Source: a virus. From it: a DNA stretch of 64,000 bases. The stretch is from UHGV virus genome UHGV-0113858; one strand, written 5' to 3'. The translations under genes and the position numbers were made by a program. Positions 1 to 9,402 of the stretch are shown in pieces (the first letter of the stretch is position 1; every line of letters starts with the position of its first letter). The notes below the pieces were generated by a model, which saw nothing but the letters and a program-made list of their open reading frames with translations, was not told the origin of the DNA and did not search any database.

Positions 1-627
1 TCAGGTGAACAATCTTACTTCATCTTACCTTCAGATATGAATGATAAGGGCGGTGAGCAGTATAAGATGACCCTTAAGGGAATCGATGGGGTTGGTAAAC
101 AGTACAGTACCAAGGACCTAATACAAGAGCGTAAGAAGGCGATCTTGGACAGATTTGGTGCGGGATTCATCAACTTAGGGAATGATGGTCAAGGGTCTTA
201 CAACCTGTCGGAATCAAAACAAACAATCCACGGACATTTTGTTCAACGAGATATCGATATTATTTGTGAATCATTCAACAAGAACTTGATTCCTCAACTA
301 CTCGCTCTTAATAATATCCGTTTGTCTGATGAAGACATGCCAAGACTTAAGCCTGGAGCTATCCAGGAAGTTGATATGGAAAGCTTCTCCAAATTTGTTC
401 AGAGAATTGGTGCTGTTGGTTATCTGCCGAAGACACCTACAGTTATCAACAAGATCCTTGAGGTTGGTGGGTTTGATGAAGAGATTCCTGAAAACACATC
501 TCAAGAGGAACTACTCAAGATCCTTGGGGAAGATACCAGTCGCTCCGGTGATGGAATGAAGCAAGGTACTTCTGGTAATGGGACGTCTAAAGTAAGAGAT
601 AATTCTGTCTCTAACTTGGATAACTAA
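1..627 (+). CDS. C-terminal part of a larger structural protein, likely portal; the reading frame is open from position 1, so the gene is 5'-truncated by the window edge
   Basis: Frame of ORF 37..627 has no stop back to nt 1; position immediately upstream of protease/scaffold/capsid genes; acidic Ser/Gly-rich C-terminus. Confidence 0.35.
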   Translation, partial: SGEQSYFILPSDMNDKGGEQYKMTLKGIDGVGKQYSTKDLIQERKKAILDRFGAGFINLGNDGQGSYNLSESKQTIHGHFVQRDIDIICESFNKNLIPQLLALNNIRLSDEDMPRLKPGAIQEVDMESFSKFVQRIGAVGYLPKTPTVINKILEVGGFDEEIPENTSQEELLKILGEDTSRSGDGMKQGTSGNGTSKVRDNSVSNLDN

Positions 628-645
628 GCAACTCACTGAAATAAC

Positions 646-674
646 TTGCAAAAGAAAATAAACGGTGTTAAAAT
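646..674 (+). promoter_or_regulatory. sigma70-like promoter, TTGCAA-N17-TGtTAAAAT (extended -10)
   Basis: ttgcaa 646-651, 17-nt spacer, tgt+taaaat 666-674, 18 nt upstream of ATG 692; same architecture recurs at 4 other + strand sites. Confidence 0.5.
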
Positions 675-691
675 AACTATCAACGGGGAAA

Positions 692-1321
692 ATGATGAAA
701 TACTCAAGTATTGCTGACCTTCCTGCATCAGTATCGAATCTGTCTCTCATTCAGAAGAGCAAGGTGCTGGTTCTCGCAAATGGCCTGATTGATTCAGGCC
801 TATCTCCTGAAGCCGCTATTGAGAAAGCATCTAAAGATGTACTCCATGTAGGGCTGAAGAAGACAGCAATTCAAAAGAATGCCAAGCCTGTATCTGTTGT
901 CAAAGATGCTGGAGAACAAATGATTTCTTACGAAGTCATTTATGAACCAAACACTAGGGATGCCCACGGTGAATGGATGTCTCCAGAGACAATCGTCAAA
1001 GGTAAGGAAAGTTTCGATGCTGCGCGAGCGGCTGGTCTTGTTAAAGAGAACCTGTTCCACATTGTCGAGACTGATGCCTTTACCATCGAGAAGACTTGGA
1101 TTCAAGAAGAGTTTGATGTCGTGGTTATCGGTAGCGAGCAAATCATTAAAGCTGGCACCTGGGTAGCTAAGGTTAAATACAATGATCCTGAACTGTGGCT
1201 CTTGAAAAAGGCCAACGCTGTCGGTGGACTGAGCATTCAATGCTCTGGCTACACAGACAAGGAGACTGGTGAAATCACCGGACTCGATTTCGGGATTGAG
1301 ATTGCCGAGGAAAACGAATGA
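692..1321 (+). CDS. putative prohead protease / head maturation protein
   Basis: 209-aa ORF between portal-like and scaffold genes; ATGA overlap with next gene; call is by position only. Confidence 0.3.
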   Translation: MMKYSSIADLPASVSNLSLIQKSKVLVLANGLIDSGLSPEAAIEKASKDVLHVGLKKTAIQKNAKPVSVVKDAGEQMISYEVIYEPNTRDAHGEWMSPETIVKGKESFDAARAAGLVKENLFHIVETDAFTIEKTWIQEEFDVVVIGSEQIIKAGTWVAKVKYNDPELWLLKKANAVGGLSIQCSGYTDKETGEITGLDFGIEIAEENE

Positions 1322-2313
1322 GCGCACTCGTAGTCAAGGCCAAAACTATTAAGGATAAGGGTATCGCACTCTGCCACGAGAGTCAAGGTTATTCTGCAAA
1401 TATGCGTCCGGTTAGTCTTCTGATGAAGTCTGACCTTGCACCTGAACAGATTACCAAAGACGTGGTTAAGGCACTTCGCCAAGTTACTGTCGATATGAGC
1501 TTTGAAGAATTCCTTCGTCGCTTCTTCGATATGTGGAGTAGTGATGCTGAACTCCTTGCCAAACTTTTGGGCTTCGAAACAGAACTGGAAAACGCTGCTG
1601 CTGAAAATCCTGATGATGAATGGCTGCAACGTTGGAATGATGATAACCAAGAATGGTTAGAATCGAAGATGGAGTCCATCTCTATCGCCAAAGCTGCAAA
1701 TGCAGGTGAAGAGCTGGACCTTGTGAAGCAATATGAACTAATCAAACTCCAACAGATGTTTGAGAAGGGTGTTGCAGAGCACGGTGTCATTTTTGATGCC
1801 AAAGACACTCAGGAGACTGAGGTCATCAAGGACGCTGCTAAACCAGACGTACCTGTTCAAAATACAATTGAAAACAAGGAGACCTCTGTGTCCGATACTG
1901 TTGATGTAACCAAATCCCAGGAGTACCTGGACCTGGTTAAAAAGCTTGAAGAAGCTAATGCAAAAAATGCCCAAGCAGAACTGATTATCAAGGCTGCTGT
2001 TGAAGCAGAAAAGAAAAATGCTCTTACAAAAGCCAAAGGTTTTACTTTTGCCGCTGAAGAAGACCATGAATCTCTTGCTGACTTCATCATTGAAAAAGCT
2101 AACGCCCCAGTGGTAGCTCTTCTGGAAAAAGCCCAAGCTCGTATTAGCGAACTGGAAACAGAAGTTGAAACTGTGAAGAAAGAGTTCGGTACTCAGGAAA
2201 ATGGTATCAACCAAGAGGTTGTTACTGAAGACCTAGCTAAGTCCGCCGAAGATGTTCTTAAAGCTAACGTGCAGAAAGCTCTAGAAGCTGCTCGCGCTCG
2301 CAAAACTGCCTAA
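1318..2313 (+). CDS. scaffolding protein
   Basis: 331 aa, acidic, Glu/Lys/Ala-rich predicted coiled coil (EEANAKNAQAELIIKAAVEAEKKNALTKAK...), directly upstream of decoration/capsid genes. Confidence 0.55.
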   Translation: MSALVVKAKTIKDKGIALCHESQGYSANMRPVSLLMKSDLAPEQITKDVVKALRQVTVDMSFEEFLRRFFDMWSSDAELLAKLLGFETELENAAAENPDDEWLQRWNDDNQEWLESKMESISIAKAANAGEELDLVKQYELIKLQQMFEKGVAEHGVIFDAKDTQETEVIKDAAKPDVPVQNTIENKETSVSDTVDVTKSQEYLDLVKKLEEANAKNAQAELIIKAAVEAEKKNALTKAKGFTFAAEEDHESLADFIIEKANAPVVALLEKAQARISELETEVETVKKEFGTQENGINQEVVTEDLAKSAEDVLKANVQKALEAARARKTA

Positions 2314-2332
2314 TATCGAGGAGATAATATAA

Positions 2333-2755
2333 ATGGCTAATCCGATTCAAGGGTTCTACTCTGACATCGTCCTGGGTAAAGTTGATTCTTCTGATCAGGG
2401 CTACAGCTTCCTGGAAATGGAAATCACTTATTCCGCAGGGCTGAAGGCCGGTATGATCGTTAAGTCTGATGGTACTCTGGCTGCAACTGCCGACGCTGCA
2501 AGCGCATTTGGTGTAATCACCGACCGCGACCTGGTGACTTCTTCTTACACCATGCCACGTCCTTTCGTAGTTGGTCAAAAATACAATTTCGTGGTTGCTG
2601 TTCGTGGTCTGACCCTGAACAAATCCAAACTGTTCTTTGCTGACGGTACTACTGCTATCAACGCTGCTGCTATCGCTGCTCTTGAGGCCAAAGGTCTGAA
2701 GATCACTGATAAATATTACGACGGCTCCGTTGAGATCCCAGTAACGTCTATCTAA
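2333..2755 (+). CDS. head decoration / capsid accessory protein
   Basis: 140 aa, strong SD (gaggag), highly biased codon usage like the capsid gene, between scaffold and major capsid protein. Confidence 0.35.
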   Translation: MANPIQGFYSDIVLGKVDSSDQGYSFLEMEITYSAGLKAGMIVKSDGTLAATADAASAFGVITDRDLVTSSYTMPRPFVVGQKYNFVVAVRGLTLNKSKLFFADGTTAINAAAIAALEAKGLKITDKYYDGSVEIPVTSI

Positions 2756-2775
2756 TCTACACCAAGGAGAAAATA

Positions 2776-3789
2776 ATGGCAGTAGTACGCACTAATGATT
2801 TCCAGATCGTTGACCTAGGCGCAACTCTGGAAATTGTACCTCGTCAGTACCGTATGATCACCAACATGAACCTTTTCGAGGCTTATCACGGTGTCTCTAC
2901 TATCGCCCAGATCGAGCGTGTTGACGAAGTTGTAACCGACTTCCCAGCTCGTCGTCGTCAGGGTGAACGTAACTACGTTGGTACTGAAAAGGCCCAACTG
3001 AAAAACTTCAACATCCCGTTCTTCCCGCTGGATCGTCAGATCACTCCGGCAGACGTACAGAACTTCCGTAAATATTTCACTGCGGACGCTCCTAAATCTG
3101 TACAGGATGTAGTTGAACGTGTTGTTCGTCGTATCCGTGTTTCTCATGAACAGCTTAAAGAAAAAGCAATGCTTCAGGCAATCATGGGTAAATCTTGGGC
3201 ACCGCAGGACCCGACCGCTCAGTATAACTACTTCACCGAATGGGGTGTTACCCAAGAAGTTGTTAACGTAGATTTCACTGACGTTGCAGTTGACCCGTCT
3301 GACCTGCTCGAAAACGATGGTCGTGCATTCATCATCGACAACGCTGGTGACAACGGCGATAACTACGACATCGTAGTTCTGGCTTCCCGTAAATGGTTCT
3401 CTGCTTTCGTTGCTCACCCGCTGGTCATGAACGCATACCAATACTACAGCTCTACTCAAGAGCCGCTGCGTCGTCGTCTTGGTGACGGACAAGAGAACGC
3501 TAACAACCGTTCCTTCGTTCATAAGAACGTTCTGTACATCGAAGATATCTCCGGCTACATCCCGGACGGTGAAGCTTACATGCTGCCACGCGGTATCGAC
3601 AACATGTTCCAGATCCACTACGCACCAGCAGACGATGTTCGTGAAGCGAACACTCCGGCACAAGAACTGTACCTGTGGTACAAATCTTCTGCTTACCTGC
3701 GTGAAGAGAAGGTTGAATCTGAAACCTCCTTCCTGACAGTTAACTGCCGCCCAGAGCTGGTTGTTAAACTGACTGGTACTTTCGCGTAA
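2776..3789 (+). CDS. major capsid protein
   Basis: 337 aa, strong SD aaggaga, extreme high-expression codon bias (CGT/CTG/GGT), follows scaffold, followed by a strong terminator. Confidence 0.7.
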   Translation: MAVVRTNDFQIVDLGATLEIVPRQYRMITNMNLFEAYHGVSTIAQIERVDEVVTDFPARRRQGERNYVGTEKAQLKNFNIPFFPLDRQITPADVQNFRKYFTADAPKSVQDVVERVVRRIRVSHEQLKEKAMLQAIMGKSWAPQDPTAQYNYFTEWGVTQEVVNVDFTDVAVDPSDLLENDGRAFIIDNAGDNGDNYDIVVLASRKWFSAFVAHPLVMNAYQYYSSTQEPLRRRLGDGQENANNRSFVHKNVLYIEDISGYIPDGEAYMLPRGIDNMFQIHYAPADDVREANTPAQELYLWYKSSAYLREEKVESETSFLTVNCRPELVVKLTGTFA

Positions 3790-3810
3790 TATAGCTTAAA
3801 GCTACCTCTA

Positions 3811-3846
3811 AGAGGGGGAGGTGTTAATCACCTCTCCCTTTTTTCA
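3811..3846 (+). terminator. rho-independent terminator after capsid gene
   Basis: gagggggaggtg/cacctctccc stem followed by a T-run at 3839-3845. Confidence 0.6.
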
Positions 3847-3909
3847 TTTTAAGATTAGCATGGCTGTCTTAGATGTCAAGTAGCTTTTCTGAGGATCAAA
3901 GGAGATTCT

Positions 3910-4422
3910 ATGGCAAACCAAAATTATCGCATTTTCCCGAACAAGGTAGAGCTTTTCAAGTTCTTTGGTGCTTACATCCCTGAATTGAACATTAGTGCTT
4001 CAAGCCGTTTACCACTGAATGGGTTCGCCATTGGTAAGCAACTAAAAGCTTTCCGTTCTTTCATGGATTTCTTCCAGGAGCTTGCAGACCTGTCTGGACT
4101 CCCGGTGGATACCAAGACCTCTACCCTGAGAATGGGTAACTTCATCGTATTCTTTAACGGTGACATCACACCACCAGGTGTTAAATCGAAAGTTAAAGAA
4201 ACTGTCGTTGAACAGACTGTGGAGGATAATGCAGAGGTCGTTGAGCCAGCAAAGGTTGATGTAAAAGCAATTATTGCTGAGGCATCTGCATTGCTTGACG
4301 AAGCCGACAAAAAAGGCAGTAAAGACAGACTTGCTGAATTTGCAGCAAGCAAGGGTATTACCTTGTCGAAGAGCAAAACATTTGAAAATATGTTGGCTGA
4401 CTTCGAATCCTCACTGAAGTAA
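3910..4422 (+). CDS. hypothetical structural protein
   Basis: 170 aa with SD aaggaga; acidic C-terminal half. Confidence 0.4.
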   Translation: MANQNYRIFPNKVELFKFFGAYIPELNISASSRLPLNGFAIGKQLKAFRSFMDFFQELADLSGLPVDTKTSTLRMGNFIVFFNGDITPPGVKSKVKETVVEQTVEDNAEVVEPAKVDVKAIIAEASALLDEADKKGSKDRLAEFAASKGITLSKSKTFENMLADFESSLK

Positions 4423-4441
4423 TAATCTTAGGAGATTTAAA

Positions 4442-4738
4442 ATGGCAACATCTGGTGTAGCTGGACTGGTCTACGGTACAAAACTGATTGACATTGCAAC
4501 TGGCGACGTTATTTCCTTCGCCGACATTATCTCTGTCGCAGGTGGTGGCTCTGTCGCATGGGCAGACATTACTGGCAAACCAACCACTTTTGCTCCTGTA
4601 GCTGCAACCACTTCTGTGGTTGGTGGCGTTAAAATGGCAGCAACACAGGCCAACACGGCGGCGACCGACGTAGCTGGACTGGTTACTGACTTTAATGCCC
4701 TTCTTTCCAAGCTGAAGGCTGCTGGCATTATGGCGTAA
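4442..4738 (+). CDS. small fibre-motif protein (WADITGKPTTFAP)
   Basis: 98 aa, SD aggag; contains the ITGKPxTF motif typical of phage tail/side fibre shafts; followed by a terminator. Confidence 0.45.
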   Translation: MATSGVAGLVYGTKLIDIATGDVISFADIISVAGGGSVAWADITGKPTTFAPVAATTSVVGGVKMAATQANTAATDVAGLVTDFNALLSKLKAAGIMA

Positions 4739-4743
4739 TATAA

Positions 4744-4768
4744 AGGCCCTCCGGGGCCTTATTTTTTT
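4744..4768 (+). terminator. rho-independent terminator
   Basis: aggccctccggggcct hairpin followed by a T-run at 4761-4768. Confidence 0.6.
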
Positions 4769-5157
4769 AGTAGCGGTCTCGCCTCTGGTTTCAAAGATAC
4801 CTGAAGATAAGGTTGTCGGCCATCCTTATAATATTTACAGATATAAGTTCCTGTTGCAAGAACAGTACCGTTCACTATCCCCATATTTCTCATTACTTGG
4901 AAACTATCTTCTTGTTCTTCCATCTCATCTAACATACCTGTCTGCGTCGTCAGAGTGCCGGGAATGAATGCCTTTCTGAATTCTGTATCGCATTTCATCC
5001 CAGCAATCCGATGAATGGCCTCTGTTTTTTCTTCAGCCGACAACCAGCTTGAAGAAACATCGTCGAATTTGTTCATATTGGGGTTGGTTTTCATAAAGTA
5101 GATAAGTCCACCCGAGACAACGATGGCTGTGATAACACCTGCTATTACTGCTTTCAT
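4759..5157 (-). CDS. moron: N-terminally membrane-anchored protein of unknown function
   Basis: Opposite-strand gene inside the late block; real start MKAVIAGVITAIVVSGGLIYF at 5157 with SD gaggag; own promoter at 5184-5211. Confidence 0.5.
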   Translation of the reverse strand: MKAVIAGVITAIVVSGGLIYFMKTNPNMNKFDDVSSSWLSAEEKTEAIHRIAGMKCDTEFRKAFIPGTLTTQTGMLDEMEEQEDSFQVMRNMGIVNGTVLATGTYICKYYKDGRQPYLQVSLKPEARPLLKK

Positions 5158-5183
5158 GGGATTCTCCTCAATAATTTTCTTTG

Positions 5184-5211
5184 AGAATAGCATCCTGCAA
5201 CATGATGTCAA
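5184..5211 (-). promoter_or_regulatory. sigma70 promoter for the moron (TTGACA-N16-TATTCT)
   Basis: Reverse complement of 5206-5211 is TTGACA, of 5184-5189 is TATTCT; 16-nt spacer. Confidence 0.45.
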
Positions 5212-5281
5212 GTGTTTTTGATGACAAAATCGATGTTCTATGATAAGATATTGATAAATAGAAGAGCTTGAAGGAGCGAAA

Positions 5282-5800
5282 ATGACAGACCAAGAAATTG
5301 TTGCTTATATCCGCCTGCTCCTTGGGTCCATTTCCCCGGAAGTCCTGCCAGATGATATCATCCTTGCCTTTTTGGCAATCGAGAAATCAAAGGCTAATTA
5401 TCCCGGTGATGATAACACACCATGCACAGTTTATTACGTTATTTACAATACCCTTGTTGACGTGGTACGTTGGTTGATTCTTCAGGAAGTGAACACAGGG
5501 GAGGCATCGATCACGGATCGTCTTGAAAAGATTGGTGATGAGACTATCCAGGTCAAAGGTGGTTCCCCGTATCAGAACTGGAAAGACTTCCTCGCCTGGC
5601 TGCTTGAAAACCCTGATTATGTCAATGATTGCTTAAGCGCAGTCAGAGGACTTATTATCGTTGGTGGTGTTCGTGAAGACGAGTTCAACCGTGTTAAATA
5701 CGACAGAAACTCCCGTGGTCCTTTCGATGTCGGCGGTGTAATTCCACAGACCGGGGTTCCAGGAATTCCTCGTCGATACCCTCGCCGTTGGCCTTGCTAA
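5282..5800 (+). CDS. putative head-tail adaptor / connector protein
   Basis: 172 aa, SD aaggag; first of four short genes between the capsid module and the sheath-like gene. Confidence 0.3.
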   Translation: MTDQEIVAYIRLLLGSISPEVLPDDIILAFLAIEKSKANYPGDDNTPCTVYYVIYNTLVDVVRWLILQEVNTGEASITDRLEKIGDETIQVKGGSPYQNWKDFLAWLLENPDYVNDCLSAVRGLIIVGGVREDEFNRVKYDRNSRGPFDVGGVIPQTGVPGIPRRYPRRWPC

Positions 5801-5818
5801 TTATCCAAACCTTTATCG

Positions 5819-5847
5819 TTGATTTTGCTAAGATAATGTGGTAAAAT
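5819..5847 (+). promoter_or_regulatory. promoter motif TTGATT-N17-TGgTAAAAT
   Basis: Same architecture as 646-674; 18 nt upstream of ATG 5866. Confidence 0.45.
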
Positions 5848-5865
5848 ACCTAAACGGATACAGTC

Positions 5866-6339
5866 ATGAGACCAAGATTCACAAGTACGCAAGACCTTAG
5901 CCAGTTAATGAACTTCTTTAATGCGGTTAAGAAGCTTGATTATCGTCAGGTAAGCTACGGCTTTTTCGACGATCCTCACTATTCCGGCCTGAATACTGCA
6001 ACGCTTGCAGCAATTCACCAAGAGGGTTGGAATAATCTCCCGGCTCGTACTTTCATGACTAGCGCGGGTGTTCTTTTCCAGAAAGAACTTAAAAAATTTC
6101 AGATCGACCTCTTTGGTCAATTGGCGGCGGGGGCACAAGACCCGACTCCAGTCCTGAAACAAATCGGTCAAGCAGGTGCAGACAAGATTCGATATGTCAT
6201 CGATGGTGGTCTGTTCCCTAATAACATCGTATCGGATGCATGGGCTGATGTCAAAGGATTTAAAGAGGCCATGTTCCACTACGGCGACCTGAAGTCATCT
6301 GCAACCTATAGGATTTCCACTGGAAAGGGGAATAAATGA
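5866..6339 (+). CDS. head-tail joining / neck protein (hypothetical)
   Basis: 157-aa ORF tiling the connector region. Confidence 0.35.
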   Translation: MRPRFTSTQDLSQLMNFFNAVKKLDYRQVSYGFFDDPHYSGLNTATLAAIHQEGWNNLPARTFMTSAGVLFQKELKKFQIDLFGQLAAGAQDPTPVLKQIGQAGADKIRYVIDGGLFPNNIVSDAWADVKGFKEAMFHYGDLKSSATYRISTGKGNK

Positions 6340-6773
6340 CACCAGGCTACAGACTAATAGGCAGGAATAAGTTGATTCCGAGAAAAACCTTCATCGGAAG
6401 ACATCGTACTTTTTCCCAGCCAGATCCAGACAATCCATTCGAAAATCAAGAGATCGCTGTTCAGTATGAAGAGTTTGATGTCTTAGAGTGTGTTGTTCAA
6501 CCCTTGACAGGCAAGGCAGCAAGAGACTACACCTCTCATTTGACCGAGGCTGGCGGTAGACAGTATGATTCATTCACTGTATATTCGTCAACTCTTCTTA
6601 AAGGTCCTGTCGAAGGTTCTTTCCTGCTAGCAGACCAAATCCAGCTCATGAATTCCCGTGGGGAAATGGAATGGTTTACTGTTATCAAGTCTGATCCGTA
6701 TCAGACGACAGGGGTTAGCCGTTACAGAGCGTATGTGATCTCTACGCCTGCGGGGACAGAAGGAGGCCTATGA
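6336..6773 (+). CDS. head closure / tail completion protein (hypothetical)
   Basis: ATGA overlap with previous gene, SD aagggga. Confidence 0.35.
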   Translation: MTPGYRLIGRNKLIPRKTFIGRHRTFSQPDPDNPFENQEIAVQYEEFDVLECVVQPLTGKAARDYTSHLTEAGGRQYDSFTVYSSTLLKGPVEGSFLLADQIQLMNSRGEMEWFTVIKSDPYQTTGVSRYRAYVISTPAGTEGGL

Positions 6774-7315
6774 TGGCAGACTTCGTAACAAACTCCGATG
6801 ATATTTTTGACGCCCTCGCAGTTACGCTCGCCAGATTTTGCAAAGAAGTCACGGGGAGAAAAATAATTGACGGGGACGGAGACGTCATATCCAAGGTAGA
6901 GGGTGAGTTCATCATGCTCAACCAAGTTACCGCTGACCAGATGGACTGGGCTGCGAACGAGTGGGTAGATGAGAGAGGTAACGCTGTAATAACTCACAAC
7001 TACGAGGTGGTTTACAACCTGACAGCATTTCGAGGAAAAGCATCAAATGCATTAACTCGGATTCTACAGGCCTTGAGCCTCCCCTACATCTGCGACAAGT
7101 ATTTTCCAACCAATTCCCCATTTGCATATTCTTCTTCCTCAACGGTATCGCGCCAGAGAGTTCCGTTGAACATGCAAACCTTCGAAAACCGTGCAACTGT
7201 ACTTATCACTTTTAACGTCTGCATTGGAGTGACAGATACAGGAGCTTTCGAGGATATCGAGAGGGTGAATGCAGAGATGGTTTATTACTATCCGGCTCCA
7301 GATGATCAACAATAA
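6770..7315 (+). CDS. tail completion / neck protein (hypothetical)
   Basis: ATGA overlap, SD gaaggagg. Confidence 0.35.
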   Translation: MMADFVTNSDDIFDALAVTLARFCKEVTGRKIIDGDGDVISKVEGEFIMLNQVTADQMDWAANEWVDERGNAVITHNYEVVYNLTAFRGKASNALTRILQALSLPYICDKYFPTNSPFAYSSSSTVSRQRVPLNMQTFENRATVLITFNVCIGVTDTGAFEDIERVNAEMVYYYPAPDDQQ

Positions 7316-7347
7316 CTTTATGAAAGAAATAGAAGAAGAGGAAATCA

Positions 7348-8844
7348 ATGGCTTATAATGATAAGGTTGTTGACGTAACGGTTGTTCTCGGGACACAACC
7401 AATCGACACCGTAGGGTTTGAAACCCCTCTATTTATCGCAATTCACAACGTTTTCCCAGAACGAGTACGTACATATACAGATCTGGATGAACTCGCTGCT
7501 GATGGTTTCGCTGTAGGTTCCCCTGCGTATACTTTTGCGACAAAAGCTTTTGCTGGGACTTTCCGCCCCCAAGCGCTTATGATCGGAAGACAAGCATGGG
7601 GATCAACAGTTATCGATTTCACAGGGCAGACTAACGTAGATCCTAATAACCCGGTAAGTTTCAACGTTGCAGCAGGTGCGTATACTAAAAGCATCGTTAT
7701 TCCTGTTACTACCGCATCTACACCAGAGAGTATTGCAACAGCCCTGGCATCTGCAATCAACTCCGATACCACGCTTAATGTAATTGTCGGTGCAGTAGCT
7801 ACAACTGGTGTTGTAACAATCACTCCGAAAGGTGATGGCTCTCTGCTAGCTACTAACAATGATGAGGTGGTTACAACCGAATCTGACCAAGGCATCATGG
7901 CAACATCTTCTGATGTTATCGGCGAGCCGTTTAGCATCGGTGTTGACTCCGGTGATTGCACACTGACTAACAACTCAACTGAGACTGTAAGCGGTGTTCT
8001 ACCACAGGTAGAAACTGCAAACAGCAACTGGTACTTCCTGAGCACAGAACAACATGTTTCTTCTGCAATTCTGGGAGCTGCCGCTTATGCTGCTGCTAAC
8101 TATAAGCTTCACGTCTATTCAACATCCGATCCGCTGTCAAAAGTTGTCGACGGAGATTCTATTGCTAATCAACTGAAAGCACTTCAGTATGATACTAGCA
8201 TTGGTATGTATGACCCGCTTGCTGATAGTGCATTCCCTGAAGGTGGTATCATCGGTGCAATGGCATCTAATGACCCATCCTATGGTGACTCAATCCACCT
8301 GAAGACAATGCCGGGTGTTATTGCTCCGACCCTGAGTTCTTCTGAGCGTCCAGCTATCTGGGGCCAGAACCTGAACTTCTATCGTATGATTAATGGTGTC
8401 GGCGCATTCTGGGAAGGTAAGTGTGCCTCCGGTCAGTATGTCGATGTTGTCCGTTTTGGTCACTGGCTGAAGTTCAGAAGTGAAGAAAGTATCTTCGCCT
8501 ACATGTCTCGCCGTTCTAATCTTGGCCTGTCCATGAAAATGAGCGATGATGATCTGCCGAACCTGAAGTCAGTCCTGATGAACAGTCCTCTGAATGTCGG
8601 TATTACCAACGGCTCTATTCTGACCGGGTATGATTCCGTCAACAAAGTGTTCTACGATCCGGTTGTAACAATCCCGCTTCGTGCAAACATACCATCTAAT
8701 GATCTGGCATCTCGTACTCTTAACAACGTTAAGGTAGAGCTAGTCTACAACAGCGCCCTGCATTTCGTCAAGATCCGCATCTCTGTTCTGCTAGACAAAA
8801 CCGGGTCTACTTCTTCCAGCGGACAAGTAACAGCAGGAGTGTAA
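7348..8844 (+). CDS. tail sheath protein (alternatively a large major tail protein)
   Basis: 498 aa; C-terminal PAIWGQNLNFYRMINGVGAFWEGK resembles the sheath motif GFRFWGNRT; followed by a 157-aa tube-like gene, G/GT chaperone and tape measure in the order seen in contractile-tail phages. Confidence 0.45.
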   Translation: MAYNDKVVDVTVVLGTQPIDTVGFETPLFIAIHNVFPERVRTYTDLDELAADGFAVGSPAYTFATKAFAGTFRPQALMIGRQAWGSTVIDFTGQTNVDPNNPVSFNVAAGAYTKSIVIPVTTASTPESIATALASAINSDTTLNVIVGAVATTGVVTITPKGDGSLLATNNDEVVTTESDQGIMATSSDVIGEPFSIGVDSGDCTLTNNSTETVSGVLPQVETANSNWYFLSTEQHVSSAILGAAAYAAANYKLHVYSTSDPLSKVVDGDSIANQLKALQYDTSIGMYDPLADSAFPEGGIIGAMASNDPSYGDSIHLKTMPGVIAPTLSSSERPAIWGQNLNFYRMINGVGAFWEGKCASGQYVDVVRFGHWLKFRSEESIFAYMSRRSNLGLSMKMSDDDLPNLKSVLMNSPLNVGITNGSILTGYDSVNKVFYDPVVTIPLRANIPSNDLASRTLNNVKVELVYNSALHFVKIRISVLLDKTGSTSSSGQVTAGV

Positions 8845-8847
8845 TAA

Positions 8848-9321
8848 ATGGATACTAGAATTTTAACCCCGTATGCTTACGACCCACAGAAAGCGCGTCT
8901 CTATATGATGACTCAGCGCGTCACTGGGTTCGCAGCAGATACCAAGATCGTCGTTGCTCGCAACGAAGATAACATCATCCCCCACATGGGGGTTGATGGT
9001 GAACTGTCAGCAGCGCTGTCTCGTAACCAATCTGGTGTCCTGACGGTCTCTCTACAGAACACTTCGGTATGGAACGGATACTTGGCTAACTGGCAGAAAC
9101 AAGCTTCCATCACTGGCCTGATTTTCTTCCCTGTCCTTCTTGAAGGCTCCCAAGGTATGGGTCTGAGCACAGTTGGTTGGATTCAGAAACAGCCTGACCT
9201 GACCTACGGTACTGAAGTGGGCCAGATGGATTGGGAAATAGGAATCCTGGACGCATGGTTAAGCCCAGATACTCTGTACGCTACAGGCTTCGGTCTGGCA
9301 GGCCTTGCAGGTATCGTCTAA
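8848..9321 (+). CDS. tail tube protein (putative)
   Basis: 157 aa immediately after the sheath-like gene and before the chaperone pair. Confidence 0.4.
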   Translation: MDTRILTPYAYDPQKARLYMMTQRVTGFAADTKIVVARNEDNIIPHMGVDGELSAALSRNQSGVLTVSLQNTSVWNGYLANWQKQASITGLIFFPVLLEGSQGMGLSTVGWIQKQPDLTYGTEVGQMDWEIGILDAWLSPDTLYATGFGLAGLAGIV

Positions 9322-9327
9322 TAGCGT

Positions 9328-9352
9328 TTCGTGTGCCACAAGGATGTGGCCT
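9328..9352 (+). terminator. weak hairpin / possible attenuator between tube and chaperone genes
   Basis: gccacaaggatgtggc stem then cttttc. Confidence 0.3.
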
Positions 9353-9402
9353 TTTCAAACACGCATGGATATAACAACCTTAAAAGACGCAGGAGCGTAC
9401 AC

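Noticed and set aside
2815-3663. 282-aa - strand ORF antisense to the major capsid gene
   Set aside because: Mirror ORF caused by biased codon usage of the capsid gene; Val/Thr/Cys-rich nonsense composition
7348-8844. Alternative reading of the 498-aa protein as a siphovirus major tail protein (T5 pb6-like) rather than a sheath
   Set aside because: Not fully rejected. Sheath favoured because of the FWxxK motif, the following 157-aa tube-sized gene and the Mu/P2-like baseplate with gpV spike; needs a profile search
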